From contig JAMCRD010000006.1 of the NCBI GenBank assembly GCA_023380475.1, positions 2,546-66,545 on the forward strand: a stretch of 64,000 nucleotides of DNA. The letters run 5' to 3'. This DNA is from Patescibacteria group bacterium. GTDB taxonomy: Bacteria > Patescibacteriota > Minisyncoccia > UBA6257 > Colwellbacteraceae. Position numbers and translations under genes: made by a program. This document shows positions 7,456 to 19,851 of this stretch, one piece after another. Position 1 is the first letter of the stretch. Each line of letters opens with the position of its first letter. The notes beneath the pieces were generated by a model. That model made no database searches, had not been told where the DNA came from, and was given only the letters and a program-made list of their open reading frames with translations.

Positions 7456-8958
7456 TTAGCGTGCAAACTCCACCGCCCGCATTTCCCGGATCACATTAAC
7501 CTTTATCTCTCCGGGATATTTAATATCTGATTCTATCCGGTTGGCGATATCGCGAGCCAGCTGTAGCGCTCGGAAGTCATCAACCTGCTCGGGAACGACG
7601 AATACCCTCAGCTCCCGTCCGGCGGAGATGGCGTAAGCGTTCTTAACGCCTGGGAAGGAAGCTGCTATCCTTTCCAGATCTTCCAGACGCTTGATGTAAT
7701 TTTCCATCGTACCGCGGCGCGCTCCTGGTCGAGCCGCTGAAAGGACGTCGGCTGCACCGACAATGAATGCTTCCGGCGTCTCAAAAGGATAGTCTTCATG
7801 ATGCGATTCCATAGCCTTTATAACCGCCTCATCGACACCGTATTTCTTAAGGATTTTGCGACCCAGTTCGACGTGCGTACCCTGCACCTCATGATCTATA
7901 GCCTTACCTATGTCATGCAGCAGCGCCCCCCGCTTGGCAATATCAACGTTAGCCCCGAGTTCGGAAGCAATCATGCCAGAGATATGAGCCATTTCCACGG
8001 AATGAGTCAGCACGTTCTGGCCAAAGCTACTACGGAAGTTCAGCCGACCTAGTAAATGGATTATCTCTTTAGGCAGATCGAAAACACCCACTTCATAAGC
8101 CGCTTGTTCACCAATCTCGTACATCCGCTTCTCCATCTCAGCCTTAGCTTCCTCAACTTTCTCTTCGATCTTAGCCGGCTGGATGCGGCCGTCCTTGATC
8201 AGTTTTTCCAATGCCAGCTTGGTAATTTCGCGGCGCAGCGGATCGAAGGACGAAATAATCAGTGTTTCTGGATTCTCGTCCACGATTAGCTCGGTGCCGG
8301 TCAGACGTTCCAAAGTCCTTATGTTACGCCCCTCCCGGCCGATGATCTTACCCTTAAGATCCTCTGAGGGAAGAGTAAACGAAGAAGTGGTAAGTTCGGA
8401 GACACTGGATCGGGAATAACGCTGAATGGCGCTGGTTATGATGCCAACACTCTGTTTCTCCACCTCTTCCCTACCTTCACGCAGTATTTTTTGGCTCAGT
8501 TTGGCTAAGTCGTTGCTATATGAGTCTTCTACTTCCTTGAACAGCCGATTCTTAGCTTCGTCCGGTGTAAGCCCGGCGATCTTTGACAACTCGGTCTCCA
8601 GCGATGCTCTGCTTTTCTCAACGTCGGCCGATTTTACTTCCAGATCTTTAAGACCTTGATCAAGCTTTGCCTTGTCGCCATTGAGGATTTCTTCCCGCTT
8701 GGCCAAGCGATCCTCGGCTTTGTCTAGAGATGTTTTGCGTTCCTTTTCTTCATGCTGGGCTTCGTCCAGCAAAGTGACAGCCTTCTTTTTGGCCTGCAGG
8801 ATTATATCCTGGGCCTCGTTCTCGATTTTGAGAGATTGCTCTTTGATGCGCCGTTCGAGGGAACTAGCACGCCGTGTGCCTATTAGTTCTCGAATAGCGT
8901 AACCGATAGCGAGCCCCAGAACTAAAAGACCCGCCAATACAATTGGTTCGTAATTCAT
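7456..8958 (-). CDS. rny: Ribonuclease Y
   Basis: N-terminal TM, coiled coil, KH (KGKIIGREGRNIR), HD domain (LLHDIGK). Confidence 0.97.
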   Translation of the reverse strand: MNYEPIVLAGLLVLGLAIGYAIRELIGTRRASSLERRIKEQSLKIENEAQDIILQAKKKAVTLLDEAQHEEKERKTSLDKAEDRLAKREEILNGDKAKLDQGLKDLEVKSADVEKSRASLETELSKIAGLTPDEAKNRLFKEVEDSYSNDLAKLSQKILREGREEVEKQSVGIITSAIQRYSRSSVSELTTSSFTLPSEDLKGKIIGREGRNIRTLERLTGTELIVDENPETLIISSFDPLRREITKLALEKLIKDGRIQPAKIEEKVEEAKAEMEKRMYEIGEQAAYEVGVFDLPKEIIHLLGRLNFRSSFGQNVLTHSVEMAHISGMIASELGANVDIAKRGALLHDIGKAIDHEVQGTHVELGRKILKKYGVDEAVIKAMESHHEDYPFETPEAFIVGAADVLSAARPGARRGTMENYIKRLEDLERIAASFPGVKNAYAISAGRELRVFVVPEQVDDFRALQLARDIANRIESDIKYPGEIKVNVIREMRAVEFAR

Positions 8959-9053
8959 TTAAAATTGTTTGGAATTGGTTTTTCATTTACGATCCTACCT
9001 ATCTTAGGTCTTGGGTAGGTCTATTGTCAAAACCATATACTTACTTCAATCAG

Positions 9054-9779
9054 TTAGTAGAGCGTCCAGCTAGAGAATGCCATTACCAAGAGCGATGACA
9101 AGGTAAGTAAAGTAACGTTCCTAAGCAGCAGTTTCGTCGAAAACCGGCCGTCCAGCTGGTTGAGATAGGTATTGATCGCAGCACAGCTAAACAGCGCGAA
9201 GATGACAGCGCCGGCCACGAAACCGATCGGCAACAAAGTAAGCACAGCCAGAAGTTCAAGAGACAGCAGGCTCATCACGCCAGATACTAAGAGCAGCCTG
9301 TTGCCCCGCAGGACGCTGACTTTATTATAAAACTCGCGGAATAGAGCGAAGAGCAAGATAAAACCAATGATTTCGCTTAATATCGAAAGATCACTAGCAA
9401 TAATTATTGCTCCGTAGGATGCAAGCAGTAGTAGGTGCATAAAGGTGTACCATCCCTTCCTTTCAATTAGCTCTAAATTTTTGACCCCCCACAAGATAGC
9501 GAAAGCTAGACCCATCAGGCCGGCTATCAGGAAACGGTCCAGGGGCAGAGGGGGCAAGAGGAATGGCAGCAGAATTAAAGCTATAAACGACGCGCCGAAT
9601 GTAATTGACCTCAGCGTTGGCTGCAGATACATCGTCAGCGCCACTGCGATGAAAGCCAGGCCTGCCCAGAAGCTCCCTGGATTAAAAGCTAAGAGAAGGA
9701 CCAGTAACCCGTAGACTAATCCCCTAAACGTTAACCTTGATATCGGACTTGTCCGAAGTGATATGAACTTTGCTCCCAT
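9054..9779 (-). CDS. Hypothetical polytopic membrane protein (start uncertain)
   Basis: Highly hydrophobic 241 aa; overlaps the clpB end. Confidence 0.7.
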   Translation of the reverse strand: MGAKFISLRTSPISRLTFRGLVYGLLVLLLAFNPGSFWAGLAFIAVALTMYLQPTLRSITFGASFIALILLPFLLPPLPLDRFLIAGLMGLAFAILWGVKNLELIERKGWYTFMHLLLLASYGAIIIASDLSILSEIIGFILLFALFREFYNKVSVLRGNRLLLVSGVMSLLSLELLAVLTLLPIGFVAGAVIFALFSCAAINTYLNQLDGRFSTKLLLRNVTLLTLSSLLVMAFSSWTLY

Positions 9780-12375
9780 CTTTTATAGTTCCGCCGATTA
9801 TCTGGTCAGCCAGCTTGTCGAGCACCGCTCTTTGTATGAGCCGCTTGATCGGACGTGCGCCGTAATGCGGATCAAAACCATGCTCGACGATATAGTTTTT
9901 GGCAGCGGCATCAACCGTGATCGTAATTCCTTTTTCTTTAAGGCGGTCGACGACTTCCTTAAGTTGGATATCGACGATCTCCTGCACGCTTTTCTTAGTC
10001 AAAGGCTTGAAGATTATTATTTCATCTAGGCGGTTTAAAAACTCAGGACGGAAATTGTTGCGGACCGCTTCATTGATCTTAGATTCATATTCCTCTTCCT
10101 TGCGCTCGGCCTCAGTCTTATCTGAAGACGAGAAACCAACGCGAGCGTAATCCCGGAAGAATTCACCACCGACATTGGAGGTCATGACAATGATGCAATT
10201 CCTGAAATTGACTGTCTTGCCTTTGCTGTCAGTAAGCCGACCGTTATCCAAGACCTGCAGTAAAATATTAAACACATCGGGGTGGGCTTTTTCGATTTCG
10301 TCGAACAAGATAAGGCTGTAAGGGCGGTGACGGATAGTCTCAGTAAGTTGGCCACCTTCCTCATGCCCGACGTAGCCGGGCGGCGAACCGATAATTTTTG
10401 AGACAGCATGGCGTTCCATATACTCTGACATATCAACCCTGATGAGAGCCTTCTCGTCACTGAACATGAATTGTGCCAGGGCTCTGGCCAGTTCAGTTTT
10501 ACCCACACCCGTAGGGCCGAGAAACATAAACGATGCCAGAGGGCGATCGACAGGAGCCAGGCCCGCTCTAGCTCGACGCAAGGCTGAGGCTACGCTTCTT
10601 ACAGCGCTGTCTTGTCCGACTACTCGTTGGCGCAACACTTCTTCAATGCGACGTAGCTTGTCAGCCTCAGACTCCAAAATATTCTCCATGGGTATGTTGG
10701 TCCACCGGGCTATAACCTTAGCTACATCTTCTTTATCAACCGCGCCTTTAAGGAACCCGACATCACCACTCGGTCTCTTCTTGCCCTTGCGCGCTGCACC
10801 CGAGGAACATTTTTTTTCATAAGTCTCGTAATCTTTTATAGCTGCGGGTAGTTCGCCGTAAATTATCTTAGCTACGCGTTCTAGATTCCCTTCCCGCTCG
10901 GCAACCTCACGCTCGCGCTTCAGGTTCTCAACTTTTTCCCTAAGAGCGTTTAACTTTTCGAATACCATCTTCTCGGCCTGCCAGCCAGCACTCAGCTCCC
11001 GATCTTCTTTCTTGATAATTTCCAGCCGCTTACCTATTTCCGCGACACGTTTCTTGGATTTCTCACTGGTTTCCTTGCCGATGGCGGCACGCTCAACTTC
11101 CAATGAAGATATCTCCCGGCGGAGATTGCCTATATCCGGCGGGACGCTCTCCATTTCAAGCCGGCGCATCGCTGCCGCCTCGTCAATCACATCCACCGCC
11201 TTATCAGGCAGAAAACGGTCTGAGATATATCGAGCCGAGAGGTTGACTGCTGAAACTAGCGCCTCATCGCTTATCCTAAGGCCGTGATGTATTTCGTATT
11301 TCTCCTTCAGCCCGCGCAGAATAGTGATACTGTCATCAATGGACGGTTCCTCGACCATCACTGGTTGGAAACGCCGCTCCAACGCCGAGTCTTTCTCGAT
11401 ATAGCGCTGATACTCTCGTACCGTAGTGGCGCCGACGGCGTGCAGCTCTCCTCGGGCCAGAGCCGGTTTAAGAAGGTTGGAGGCGTCGATAGCCCCTTCG
11501 GCTGCACCAGCGCCGACGATCATATGAATCTCATCGATAAACAGTATTATCTTGCCGGCGGAGTTCTGAACCTCTTTAATGAACGCCTTAAGGCGATCCT
11601 CAAATTCCCCGCGGAATTTCGTACCGGCAATAAGCGACCCGAGATCGAGCATTATTATTTCCTTGCCCTTGAGAGATTCAGGCACGTCGCCAGCAATTAT
11701 TTTCTGAGCCAAACCCTCCACGATAGCCGTCTTGCCGACGCCCGGCTCGCCGATAAGACAAGGGTTGTTTTTAGTGCGGCGCGAGAGGACCTGAATTACT
11801 CGGCGCAACTCCTCCTCGCGGCCGATCACCGGATCCAGCTTTCCCTGCAGGGCTTTTTCAGTGAGGTTTACCGCGTATTTTTCTAATATCTGAAACTTAG
11901 TCTCGGGCGATTCGTCGGTTACCCTGGAACTCCCGCGCAACTTGGCTAGAGCCCGCAGCGCACTGTCACGCTGCACACCGTACTGTTCCAAGATGGATCT
12001 GGCTGGGGAATTTACCTCCAAAATGCCCAACAGGATATGCTCGCAGGATATGAACTCATCATGGCTGGCTTGGGCGATGCGTCCGGCCCGCTCGACAATA
12101 GCCATTACCTCCTGCGAGAGATACAGCTGGCCAACAGCATTGGCCGAGAAAATTTTAGGGAGCTTCCTTAGTTCAGCTTCGATGTTCTGCTCAAGCTCCT
12201 GAATGTTTACCCCAACTTCTGCCAATATAGGCTGGACCAATGAGGTGGGGTCGCTGATTAAGGCTGATAGAAGATGGAGGGCTCTGAACTCACCGTGATT
12301 TTGGGCGGCTGCCAGATCCTGGGCATTCTGCAAAGCTTCCTGAGCCTTGATTGTGAAACGGTTAAAAGAGTTCAT
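9724..12375 (-). CDS. clpB: AAA+ chaperone ClpB
   Basis: Clp N domain, GEPGVGKT and GPTGVGKT Walker A motifs, long coiled-coil M domain. Confidence 0.95.
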   Translation of the reverse strand: MNSFNRFTIKAQEALQNAQDLAAAQNHGEFRALHLLSALISDPTSLVQPILAEVGVNIQELEQNIEAELRKLPKIFSANAVGQLYLSQEVMAIVERAGRIAQASHDEFISCEHILLGILEVNSPARSILEQYGVQRDSALRALAKLRGSSRVTDESPETKFQILEKYAVNLTEKALQGKLDPVIGREEELRRVIQVLSRRTKNNPCLIGEPGVGKTAIVEGLAQKIIAGDVPESLKGKEIIMLDLGSLIAGTKFRGEFEDRLKAFIKEVQNSAGKIILFIDEIHMIVGAGAAEGAIDASNLLKPALARGELHAVGATTVREYQRYIEKDSALERRFQPVMVEEPSIDDSITILRGLKEKYEIHHGLRISDEALVSAVNLSARYISDRFLPDKAVDVIDEAAAMRRLEMESVPPDIGNLRREISSLEVERAAIGKETSEKSKKRVAEIGKRLEIIKKEDRELSAGWQAEKMVFEKLNALREKVENLKREREVAEREGNLERVAKIIYGELPAAIKDYETYEKKCSSGAARKGKKRPSGDVGFLKGAVDKEDVAKVIARWTNIPMENILESEADKLRRIEEVLRQRVVGQDSAVRSVASALRRARAGLAPVDRPLASFMFLGPTGVGKTELARALAQFMFSDEKALIRVDMSEYMERHAVSKIIGSPPGYVGHEEGGQLTETIRHRPYSLILFDEIEKAHPDVFNILLQVLDNGRLTDSKGKTVNFRNCIIVMTSNVGGEFFRDYARVGFSSSDKTEAERKEEEYESKINEAVRNNFRPEFLNRLDEIIIFKPLTKKSVQEIVDIQLKEVVDRLKEKGITITVDAAAKNYIVEHGFDPHYGARPIKRLIQRAVLDKLADQIIGGTIKDGSKVHITSDKSDIKVNV

Positions 12376-12447
12376 TTTATTACCTTTATTATACAGGCCA
12401 CGGCAAGCCGACGTAAAAGAAGCGATGGCCAGACGGAAGCGAGTTTA

Positions 12448-13698
12448 CTAGGATGAAGGATACTTGGCAAGGGTTACTTTGACAGTCAGTACGTTCTTGC
12501 CCCGCTGTACTTGGAGCGTTACTGTATCTCCCACGTTGTGGCTTTCTATTAGAGCCGACAGGGTATTATTCTGATCGTCTATGCTGATGCCGTTCACCGA
12601 GATAATAACGTCACCCAGTTGCAGGCCGGCTTTCTGAGCCGGGGAGTTAGACATCACCGCCGGATCGCCATTGGCATCACCTTCAATTAAAGCACCGTGG
12701 TCCACCGCAAGATTATCCGCCGTGACTAGAGCTGGTGTTACTGGTACATACCTCACTCCAAGATACGGCGTTTCTATCGTACCTGTGGCTAAAACTGAGG
12801 CTATGTCTTTTTTAGCGTCATTAATCGGGATAGCAAAACCAACACTCTGGGCACCGGTATCAACTGCAGTATCAATACCTATCACCTGACCTTTCAAATT
12901 GAGTAATGGCCCACCCGAGTTGCCGGGGTTAATAGCCGAAGTGGTTTGGATAACATTGGTCAACGTTTCGCTGCTTGAAGTCATCTGGTCGCCAGCCGTG
13001 ATGGTGCGCGATAGACCCGAAATCGTACCAACCGAAACGGTGTTCCTGTATTCGCCCAGGGCGTTGCCGATGGCTATAGACGTTTCACCAAGCTGAACAC
13101 TGTTGGAATCGCCCAAGTTCACAGGGGTAAGATTAGTAGCATTTATCTTGATGATAGCTATATCTTGGGTAGGATCTTCGGCCACGACTTTGGCGGCATA
13201 TTTCTTACCGTCGTTAGTGAGAACTGTGTACTGAGCTGAAGAGTCTTCAACAACATGCTTGTTGGTCAAAATGTAGCCGTCAGAAGAGATGACAAAACCG
13301 CTGCCGCTGCCAACCTGCTGCAAAGACGTACCATTTTGACAGTTGGTGTAATACTGAGATCCGCCGCCGAATAAATTTTGAAACTGCGGCGGAAGATCGG
13401 CAAACGGGTTGTAGGGACACTGCTCGATAACCGGCAGGTTCTTCGATATCACCACCGAGACTACGCTTGGCGTCAAATCTTTGGCTACACTTATAACTGC
13501 CTGTTCATAGTCTGTATTCGCACTATAGGGCGTCGAACTGGATGTATTGTTGTTATTGTTTAACTTACTCACGCCAGCTGGCAGCAAACTGTTCAAGCCA
13601 CCGGGGGCAATAACTGCAATCGTTATCGCGCCACCGACTAGAACGCCTACTAAACCAGATACGAAAACGCTAAGCAAGATTTTTTTGTCCATATTCAT
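12448..13698 (-). CDS. htrA: HtrA/DegP family serine protease with one PDZ domain
   Basis: TNKHVV, DIA and GNSGGPL catalytic triad motifs; N-terminal TM; C-terminal PDZ. Confidence 0.93.
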   Translation of the reverse strand: MNMDKKILLSVFVSGLVGVLVGGAITIAVIAPGGLNSLLPAGVSKLNNNNNTSSSTPYSANTDYEQAVISVAKDLTPSVVSVVISKNLPVIEQCPYNPFADLPPQFQNLFGGGSQYYTNCQNGTSLQQVGSGSGFVISSDGYILTNKHVVEDSSAQYTVLTNDGKKYAAKVVAEDPTQDIAIIKINATNLTPVNLGDSNSVQLGETSIAIGNALGEYRNTVSVGTISGLSRTITAGDQMTSSSETLTNVIQTTSAINPGNSGGPLLNLKGQVIGIDTAVDTGAQSVGFAIPINDAKKDIASVLATGTIETPYLGVRYVPVTPALVTADNLAVDHGALIEGDANGDPAVMSNSPAQKAGLQLGDVIISVNGISIDDQNNTLSALIESHNVGDTVTLQVQRGKNVLTVKVTLAKYPSS

Positions 13699-13702
13699 TA
13701 TT

Positions 13703-14887
13703 TCAGAGTAATTTTATTATCCGCCCGACCGCGGCGTCAATCTGATCTTCAGTCGTGGGCCGACCCAAGGAAAATCGCAAACTAGCTCCCGACCTTTCCT
13801 CACCGAAACCCAAGGCTCTCAATACATAAGAAGAACGGTTGGATCTCATAGTACAAGCCGATCCTGCCGAAACAGCCACGCCAGCCAAATCAAACTTAAC
13901 TAGCAGTTCATCGACATCGTGGCCTGGAAAGTAAATGTGCAGGTTATTGGGTAGACGGCCGGACGATAAGTCCGGACCGTTAAGCTCCAACTCTGGATGG
14001 GACCTTGTCAGCCCTGTCCACAGACGGTCACGCAGGGCGGCGATGCGGCGGCTCTCGGCTTCTTTATTCTGGCAAACCAAGTTTGCAGCCTTGGCCAGAC
14101 CTACTATCGCCGGAACATTCTCCGTAGCCGCACGCAGACCAAACTCTTGACTACCCCCGGTTATTATGCCGGAGACATACCTCACACTGTCCTCTTTTAG
14201 ATACAAAACCCCGCAGCCCTTTGGTGCGTAGAACTTCTGGCCAGATATGGTCAACATATCAACGCCGAGAGTCGCAACGTCCATATCTAAAAACTGGAAG
14301 GCTTGGGCGGCATCGGTGTGGAACAAGGGATAGGGCGATTTTATCTCCTTGCGATAAGCTCTGACCGTCTCGGCGACTTTTTCAATCGGCTGGACGGCAC
14401 CGACTACATTCGAGCCATAGATAATCGAAACCAATACCGTCCTAGGATTCAAGGCCTTGGCCAGCGATGCTAAATCGACTACTCCATCTTTGGATACCGG
14501 CAGCTGCACAACTTCAACCGTTTCGCCATTCAGGTCGAGAACTGTATCTCTGACCGATTCGTGTTCAATGGACGTCGTGATAACGCGATAGGGAGGCTGC
14601 GGAACGCTGCCCTTAACCCTCTTTGCCATCAACTTGCTAATTACTCCCCTCATGGCCAGATTGTTCGCTTCAGTAGCCGAGCCAGTAAAGATAACTTCAT
14701 GAAATTTGGCTCCCAATATACCAGCCACGACCTCCCGGGCATCGTCGATAGCCGCCATAGCCTCGCGGCCAAAGGAATGCAGCGAACCAGGGTTGCCAAA
14801 TTTTTCACCAAAGTACGGCGAGATACTTTTCAGCACCTCAGGGTCGACGGGAGTCGAAGCGGCGTAATCCAAATAGATTTTATCCAT
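13703..14887 (-). CDS. iscS: Cysteine desulfurase, IscS/NifS family
   Basis: YLDYAASTP, FGNPGSLH, HTDAAQ, SAGSAC; start at MDKIYLD. Confidence 0.92.
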   Translation of the reverse strand: MDKIYLDYAASTPVDPEVLKSISPYFGEKFGNPGSLHSFGREAMAAIDDAREVVAGILGAKFHEVIFTGSATEANNLAMRGVISKLMAKRVKGSVPQPPYRVITTSIEHESVRDTVLDLNGETVEVVQLPVSKDGVVDLASLAKALNPRTVLVSIIYGSNVVGAVQPIEKVAETVRAYRKEIKSPYPLFHTDAAQAFQFLDMDVATLGVDMLTISGQKFYAPKGCGVLYLKEDSVRYVSGIITGGSQEFGLRAATENVPAIVGLAKAANLVCQNKEAESRRIAALRDRLWTGLTRSHPELELNGPDLSSGRLPNNLHIYFPGHDVDELLVKFDLAGVAVSAGSACTMRSNRSSYVLRALGFGEERSGASLRFSLGRPTTEDQIDAAVGRIIKLL

Positions 14888-14891
14888 CTCA

Positions 14892-15467
14892 CTAAAACAG
14901 GGTATTCGAGTCTTCGGGGCAAGCCAGACGAACCGGATCCAGATCAACCCGTACCATTTCTCCCGTTGCCCTGTCCGGCATAAGCAGGTAATTCTGACGT
15001 TTAGCCAGATCATAGAGGTCGCGGGTTATAGCCACGTCGTTCAGGCAATATCTTTCCAGCGAGGCCCAGTCACCCTGTTCATAGAACGTTATCGCCTCCA
15101 GCGCGTGATTGGTTTTGCCTATACCTAGATTAGCTTTGGCCAACAAATCCAGACTTATCCGATGGCCAGTAGTCATCTCAATCTCATCCAGCAGGTCGAG
15201 AACCGGGATAGCCTTGAGATTGAATTCGAAATACTTTTCCAGTACTGGGATGTCAAACCTGGTTATCGAGAACCCGACTATACGACTGGCATTTTTAAGT
15301 CTGTCCTCCAACTGTCCTATCTCTCCTTCTCGAAAGCTGAGCAACTTTTTTTCAAGATACGAATAAACTCCGACGAAGGATGCATCTAATTTGCGTAGAT
15401 TGGCCTTGCCGCCGACATCAGCGAAAGTATTTTTGGTTTCGATATCTATAACCAGTTCGTCTTTCAT
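14892..15467 (-). CDS. RNase H-like/DEDD exonuclease-domain protein
   Basis: IDIETK, GFSITRFD and YCLNDV motifs; start at MKDELV. Confidence 0.8.
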   Translation of the reverse strand: MKDELVIDIETKNTFADVGGKANLRKLDASFVGVYSYLEKKLLSFREGEIGQLEDRLKNASRIVGFSITRFDIPVLEKYFEFNLKAIPVLDLLDEIEMTTGHRISLDLLAKANLGIGKTNHALEAITFYEQGDWASLERYCLNDVAITRDLYDLAKRQNYLLMPDRATGEMVRVDLDPVRLACPEDSNTLF

Positions 15468-15477
15468 AGTCCAGTTG

Positions 15478-15972
15478 TCAGGCAACATGCCGGTCGGCGA
15501 CCGAAGAAGCAGCATAACTGTCCGGCTTGGTTCTAGCCTCGAAGTTATGAGCGCGGATCATGCCCAGCAGTTCCTGAATAATGACTTTTGTTTCGCCCTT
15601 CTCGCCAACATCAACATGGATCTCAAATCCAAATCTAGGAGCATCCATCACTCTAAGAAATTCCAGTATGTCTCGAGCGACATCCAAAGACATTACTACC
15701 TCACGAGTGATGCGGCTGCGCAAGCTGTAAAAATTATCCAGTTCTGTCCGACGCCAAAAATATCTGCCGCCGTTGCCGATGCGATGAACAACAATCGCCG
15801 TGACAAAATCGGCTTTCGTTTTGTCATAAAGCAACGAATCGGTTCCAATAATCACCTTATAACTCCTATCAGGATCGGCCTTCATAAAGGCTATGATTTC
15901 TCGAGCAACTTCTTTGGGGCTAAACAGCGCACCGAAGGCTCCACAAAACTTGTCACTGCTGGCTTTAGACAT
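15478..15972 (-). CDS. YkuK-family RNase H-like protein
   Basis: IIGTDS, EIHVD and YAASSVADRH motifs. Confidence 0.85.
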   Translation of the reverse strand: MSKASSDKFCGAFGALFSPKEVAREIIAFMKADPDRSYKVIIGTDSLLYDKTKADFVTAIVVHRIGNGGRYFWRRTELDNFYSLRSRITREVVMSLDVARDILEFLRVMDAPRFGFEIHVDVGEKGETKVIIQELLGMIRAHNFEARTKPDSYAASSVADRHVA

Positions 15973-16071
15973 AAGCGTAACTAGACATTAGATAGTCAGC
16001 GCAGCCTTGTCAACGCGAGTTACCGTACACTTTCACTATGGTGTCCTTCCTGTTAAAGTTAATGTTGATTA

Positions 16072-18111
16072 ATGGCTAAAAAGAACCGCTCCAAGGACAA
16101 AAATCGTGAAGTCCAGGATCCCAAACTGCACCCCGAAACTAAAAACAGCGTTCTCGCTGTTGTCTTCATCGGCATAGCAGCCATCCTCGTCCTAGGCGGT
16201 CTAGGAGAGGCCGGGCCAGCTGGACAGTACATTCACATTTTCCTTAATGAGTTTTTGGGGTGGGGGTACTACCTTATCCCAACCATCCTGATAATAATCT
16301 CAGCCAACTTCTTCGTAAGGGGCGAGCGACACAAACTGGTCGGGGTAACTGTCGTGGGCGGCATCCTGTTTGTTCTGTCCGGACTGGGGATAATGGACAT
16401 CATCTCGCCCAACTCCAGCGGTTTGATCGGCAGCATTGTCGGTGACCTGCAAGTGCCCTTCGGCTACTGGGCAGCTTTAGTAATAAATGTGACGATAATG
16501 ATTGTTTCCGTCCTGGTGACGCTAAACCGTCCGCTCAGACTGGCCATTAAAAAAGCTGAGGAGGCAAAAGCTGTTAAACCAGAAGAAACGCCCAAGATTA
16601 TCATCCCTCAAGCCCCCGAAGAGAAAACCGCGCCTGTCATCCCCGAGGCTGGAAACGGCAAAAAAGGCTCCAAGGAGGAGACCATGAAGTTGCCCAAGGC
16701 TCCGGTATACAAGAGCAAGAGCTATGTCCCCCCGCCGCTCAATCTACTAATGTCGACCAGCGAGAAACCAACAGTAGGTGATCTGCGAGCCAACGCCAAT
16801 ATAATAAAGAGGACTCTGGAGAGTTTCGGCATAGCCGTAGAGATGGGCGAAATAACCATCGGGCCGAAAGTGACCCGCTATACCCTGAAGCCGGCCGAGG
16901 GAGTGAAGCTATCGAGAATCACAGCCTTGAGTCAGGACCTGTCTCTAGCTCTAGCAGCACATCCTATACGCATCGAGGCACCTATCCCCGGCAAGTCGCT
17001 GGTAGGAGTAGAAATACCGAATAAAGTAGCCAGCATCGTCAGACTGGGAAGCATTCTTGGCTATCCAGAATTCGCTAACTCCAGTTTGTTGAACTTCCCA
17101 CTGGGCCGAGACGTATCCGGCGATCCAATTTTCGCCAATCTGGCCAAGATGCCTCACATCCTAGTGGCCGGCGCGACTGGCAGCGGCAAATCAGTCTTTG
17201 TTCATTCTCTTATAATCTCGCTCCTGTACAAAAACTCACCCGAAACCCTGAGATTAATCTTGATAGACCCCAAGAGAGTTGAGTTATCAATATACGAAGG
17301 ATTGCCCCACTTGGCTACGCCGGTGATAACCGAGGGTAAGAAAGCGGTCGCAGCACTCCGCTTTGCCGTGGAGGAGATGGAGCGACGCTATGAAACCCTA
17401 CTGAATGCCGGCAATAGAGATATTGATGGCTACAACAGCAAGCGCAAAGAAGATCTCATGCCTTATTTCGTCATCGTCATCGATGAGCTGGCCGACCTCA
17501 TGGCGGCATTCGGCCGCGAAGTCGAGGGACACATCGTGCGGTTAGCCCAGATGGCCAGGGCCACCGGTATTCACTTAGTGGTATCCACCCAGCGCCCGTC
17601 AGTTGAGGTTATAACCGGCTTGATCAAAGCCAACATAACTTCCCGCGTTGCCCTGCAGGTGGCCAGCCAAGTTGATTCGCGAACAATCCTCGACACCTCG
17701 GGAGCAGAAAAACTCTTGGGGGGAGGAGACATGCTCTTCATATCCGGAGAACTATCCAAACCGAAACGCATTCAAGGGGCATTCGTGACCGAGGACGAAG
17801 CCGAGAAAGTTATAGACTTCATAAAGAAATCTAATGCTGCGCCAGGCGAAAACGACTTCGCGGAAAAAGTCGAGGATGTGGTCAATCGTACTACGGAGGC
17901 CGGCGAGGAAGGCGATGACGACGAGCTGTATGACGAGGCCGTAGAAATAGTAAGAAACGCCAAGAAAGCCTCGGCTTCCCTACTCCAGCGGAGGCTTAAA
18001 GTCGGCTATGCTCGGGCAGCCAGGCTTCTTGATATAATGGAAGCGCGCGGAGTCGTAGGCCCCGGCGAAGGAGCCAAACCGCGCGAAGTTTACCAAGACA
18101 GCGATGAATGA
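16072..18111 (+). CDS. ftsK: DNA translocase FtsK
   Basis: N-terminal TMs, AGATGSGKS, IDELADLM, gamma domain (SASLLQRRLKVGYARAARL). Confidence 0.97.
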   Translation: MAKKNRSKDKNREVQDPKLHPETKNSVLAVVFIGIAAILVLGGLGEAGPAGQYIHIFLNEFLGWGYYLIPTILIIISANFFVRGERHKLVGVTVVGGILFVLSGLGIMDIISPNSSGLIGSIVGDLQVPFGYWAALVINVTIMIVSVLVTLNRPLRLAIKKAEEAKAVKPEETPKIIIPQAPEEKTAPVIPEAGNGKKGSKEETMKLPKAPVYKSKSYVPPPLNLLMSTSEKPTVGDLRANANIIKRTLESFGIAVEMGEITIGPKVTRYTLKPAEGVKLSRITALSQDLSLALAAHPIRIEAPIPGKSLVGVEIPNKVASIVRLGSILGYPEFANSSLLNFPLGRDVSGDPIFANLAKMPHILVAGATGSGKSVFVHSLIISLLYKNSPETLRLILIDPKRVELSIYEGLPHLATPVITEGKKAVAALRFAVEEMERRYETLLNAGNRDIDGYNSKRKEDLMPYFVIVIDELADLMAAFGREVEGHIVRLAQMARATGIHLVVSTQRPSVEVITGLIKANITSRVALQVASQVDSRTILDTSGAEKLLGGGDMLFISGELSKPKRIQGAFVTEDEAEKVIDFIKKSNAAPGENDFAEKVEDVVNRTTEAGEEGDDDELYDEAVEIVRNAKKASASLLQRRLKVGYARAARLLDIMEARGVVGPGEGAKPREVYQDSDE

Positions 18112-18802
18112 GAAAAAGGATTTACCGGAGTTGCTTAAAGAGTTAAGCGCAGCGCGAGGACTTAATGTAGAAAAATTGGCCGAAGCCTCCAATATACCGG
18201 CTCGTTTTGTAAGTTCGCTGCTGGAAGGTAACTACGAAGAGCTCCCCTCCAAACCGTATATCCGGGGCTACATTATAAAACTAGCCAAAGTGCTGGATAC
18301 CGACCCAGACATCCTGCTAGAAAGCTATGAATCTTCTTCCGAAGATCTACGTAGCTCAGGGGTAACCGACCGACTGCCAGCTAACCGCTTTGCTTTGAAA
18401 CCAATCAATCGCGGTTTGCTCATCGCCATCGTAGTTGTCATGATCGTAGCCGGCGTCGTCATCTTCAGATTCAACGACATAATCGGCAAGCCGGAAATAC
18501 AGGCTAATGTCCCGAGCATCACTTCGAGTCAGACTGTCAACGTGACCGGCGAGGTCAAGCCGGGCGACACTTTGACCATAAATGGCCAGGTTGTTTACCC
18601 GGCCGGCAACGGCACCTTTGAACAAAACGTATCATTGAGTCCTGGGTTAAATACGCTACAATTTACCGTGAAGCGGTTCCTGGGCGGCGAAACGGTTCTG
18701 ACTAAGCAGGTATTTTACCAATCAGCACAGTCGACAGCGGCGGCGCCACCCTTATCATCTTCATCAACTCCAGCAACATCAACCACTACAACAAAACAAT
18801 AA
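18104..18802 (+). CDS. RodZ-like HTH membrane protein with a C-terminal Ig-like domain
   Basis: HTH ([16 protein letters not shown]), TM helix, LSPGLNTL; overlaps the ftsK stop. Confidence 0.75.
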   Translation: MNEKKDLPELLKELSAARGLNVEKLAEASNIPARFVSSLLEGNYEELPSKPYIRGYIIKLAKVLDTDPDILLESYESSSEDLRSSGVTDRLPANRFALKPINRGLLIAIVVVMIVAGVVIFRFNDIIGKPEIQANVPSITSSQTVNVTGEVKPGDTLTINGQVVYPAGNGTFEQNVSLSPGLNTLQFTVKRFLGGETVLTKQVFYQSAQSTAAAPPLSSSSTPATSTTTTKQ

Positions 18803-18804
18803 CA

Positions 18805-19851
18805 ATGAAAGCTAAGAAAGAAGACAAATCCAAAAAGGAAAGCGGAGCCAAAGATCTGGAGAATTTGCTGTCGTCGCTCAAAGAAAAATACGGCGAAGGA
18901 GCCATTATGAAACTGGGCGACGTAAGCCGATCCAACGTCGATGTGATACCCACCGGCTCTTTCTCATTGGATTTGGCTCTGGGGGTAGGCGGGCTGCCGC
19001 GCGGCAGGATAATCGAGATATTCGGACCAGAGGCCGGCGGTAAAACAACGCTCGCCCTGAATGTTGTCGCCCAAGCTCAAAAGCAAGGCGGCAAGGCGGC
19101 TTTCATCGACGCTGAACATGCTATGGATCCCGACTATGCTCGCAAGCTGGGTGTGAACGTGAATGAACTCCTTATCTCCCAGCCAGACAGCGGCGAGGAA
19201 GCACTAAATATTTTGGAGAGCTTGGTCCGTTCCGGGATGATTTCGGTGGTGGTAGTTGATTCTGTGGCGGCTCTTACACCCCAAGCCGAACTGGAAGGCG
19301 AAATGGGCGAACAACACGTTGGACGCCAAGCAAGAATGATGGGTCAAGCCTTACGCAAGCTAACCGCCGTTGCGGCCAAGAGCAAAACTATGATCATTTT
19401 CATAAATCAAATAAGGATGAAAATAGGGGTTATGTTCGGTAACCCAGAAACGACTCCCGGCGGACGGGCGTTACCTTTCGCGGCGTCGGTGCGGATAGAC
19501 ATAAGAAAGATAGCTCAGGTCAAGAAAGGAGAGAATGTTGTCGGCAACAGAGTTAGAGCCAAGGTTGTTAAAAATAAAGTGGCTCCGCCGTTCAAGTCTG
19601 CCGAATTCGACATCATGTTCAACGAAGGCATATCCTACGAAGCTGATGTCTTGAACGCAGCGGTCAACGCTGGTGTCGTCAAAAAATCAGGTTCCAGTTT
19701 TACCTTCAGCGGCGAGCGACTGGGGGTTGGCTTTGACAATGCTCGCTTGCGTCTTAAGGAGGACAAAAAACTTTTGAAAGAGATAGCCGCAGCCACTATA
19801 AAAGTCAGAGATTCTTCAGAAGAAGCTGAACGAGTCGAAGTTACTGAGTAG
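18805..19851 (+). CDS. recA: Recombinase RecA
   Basis: [36 protein letters not shown]. Confidence 0.98.
   Translation: MKAKKEDKSKKESGAKDLENLLSSLKEKYGEGAIMKLGDVSRSNVDVIPTGSFSLDLALGVGGLPRGRIIEIFGPEAGGKTTLALNVVAQAQKQGGKAAFIDAEHAMDPDYARKLGVNVNELLISQPDSGEEALNILESLVRSGMISVVVVDSVAALTPQAELEGEMGEQHVGRQARMMGQALRKLTAVAAKSKTMIIFINQIRMKIGVMFGNPETTPGGRALPFAASVRIDIRKIAQVKKGENVVGNRVRAKVVKNKVAPPFKSAEFDIMFNEGISYEADVLNAAVNAGVVKKSGSSFTFSGERLGVGFDNARLRLKEDKKLLKEIAAATIKVRDSSEEAERVEVTE

Noticed and set aside
11284-11886. Long antisense ORFs inside clpB, and similar ones in glyA, nusA, pnp and the ykuK-like gene
   Set aside because: Shadow frames of conserved genes with no independent protein motifs.
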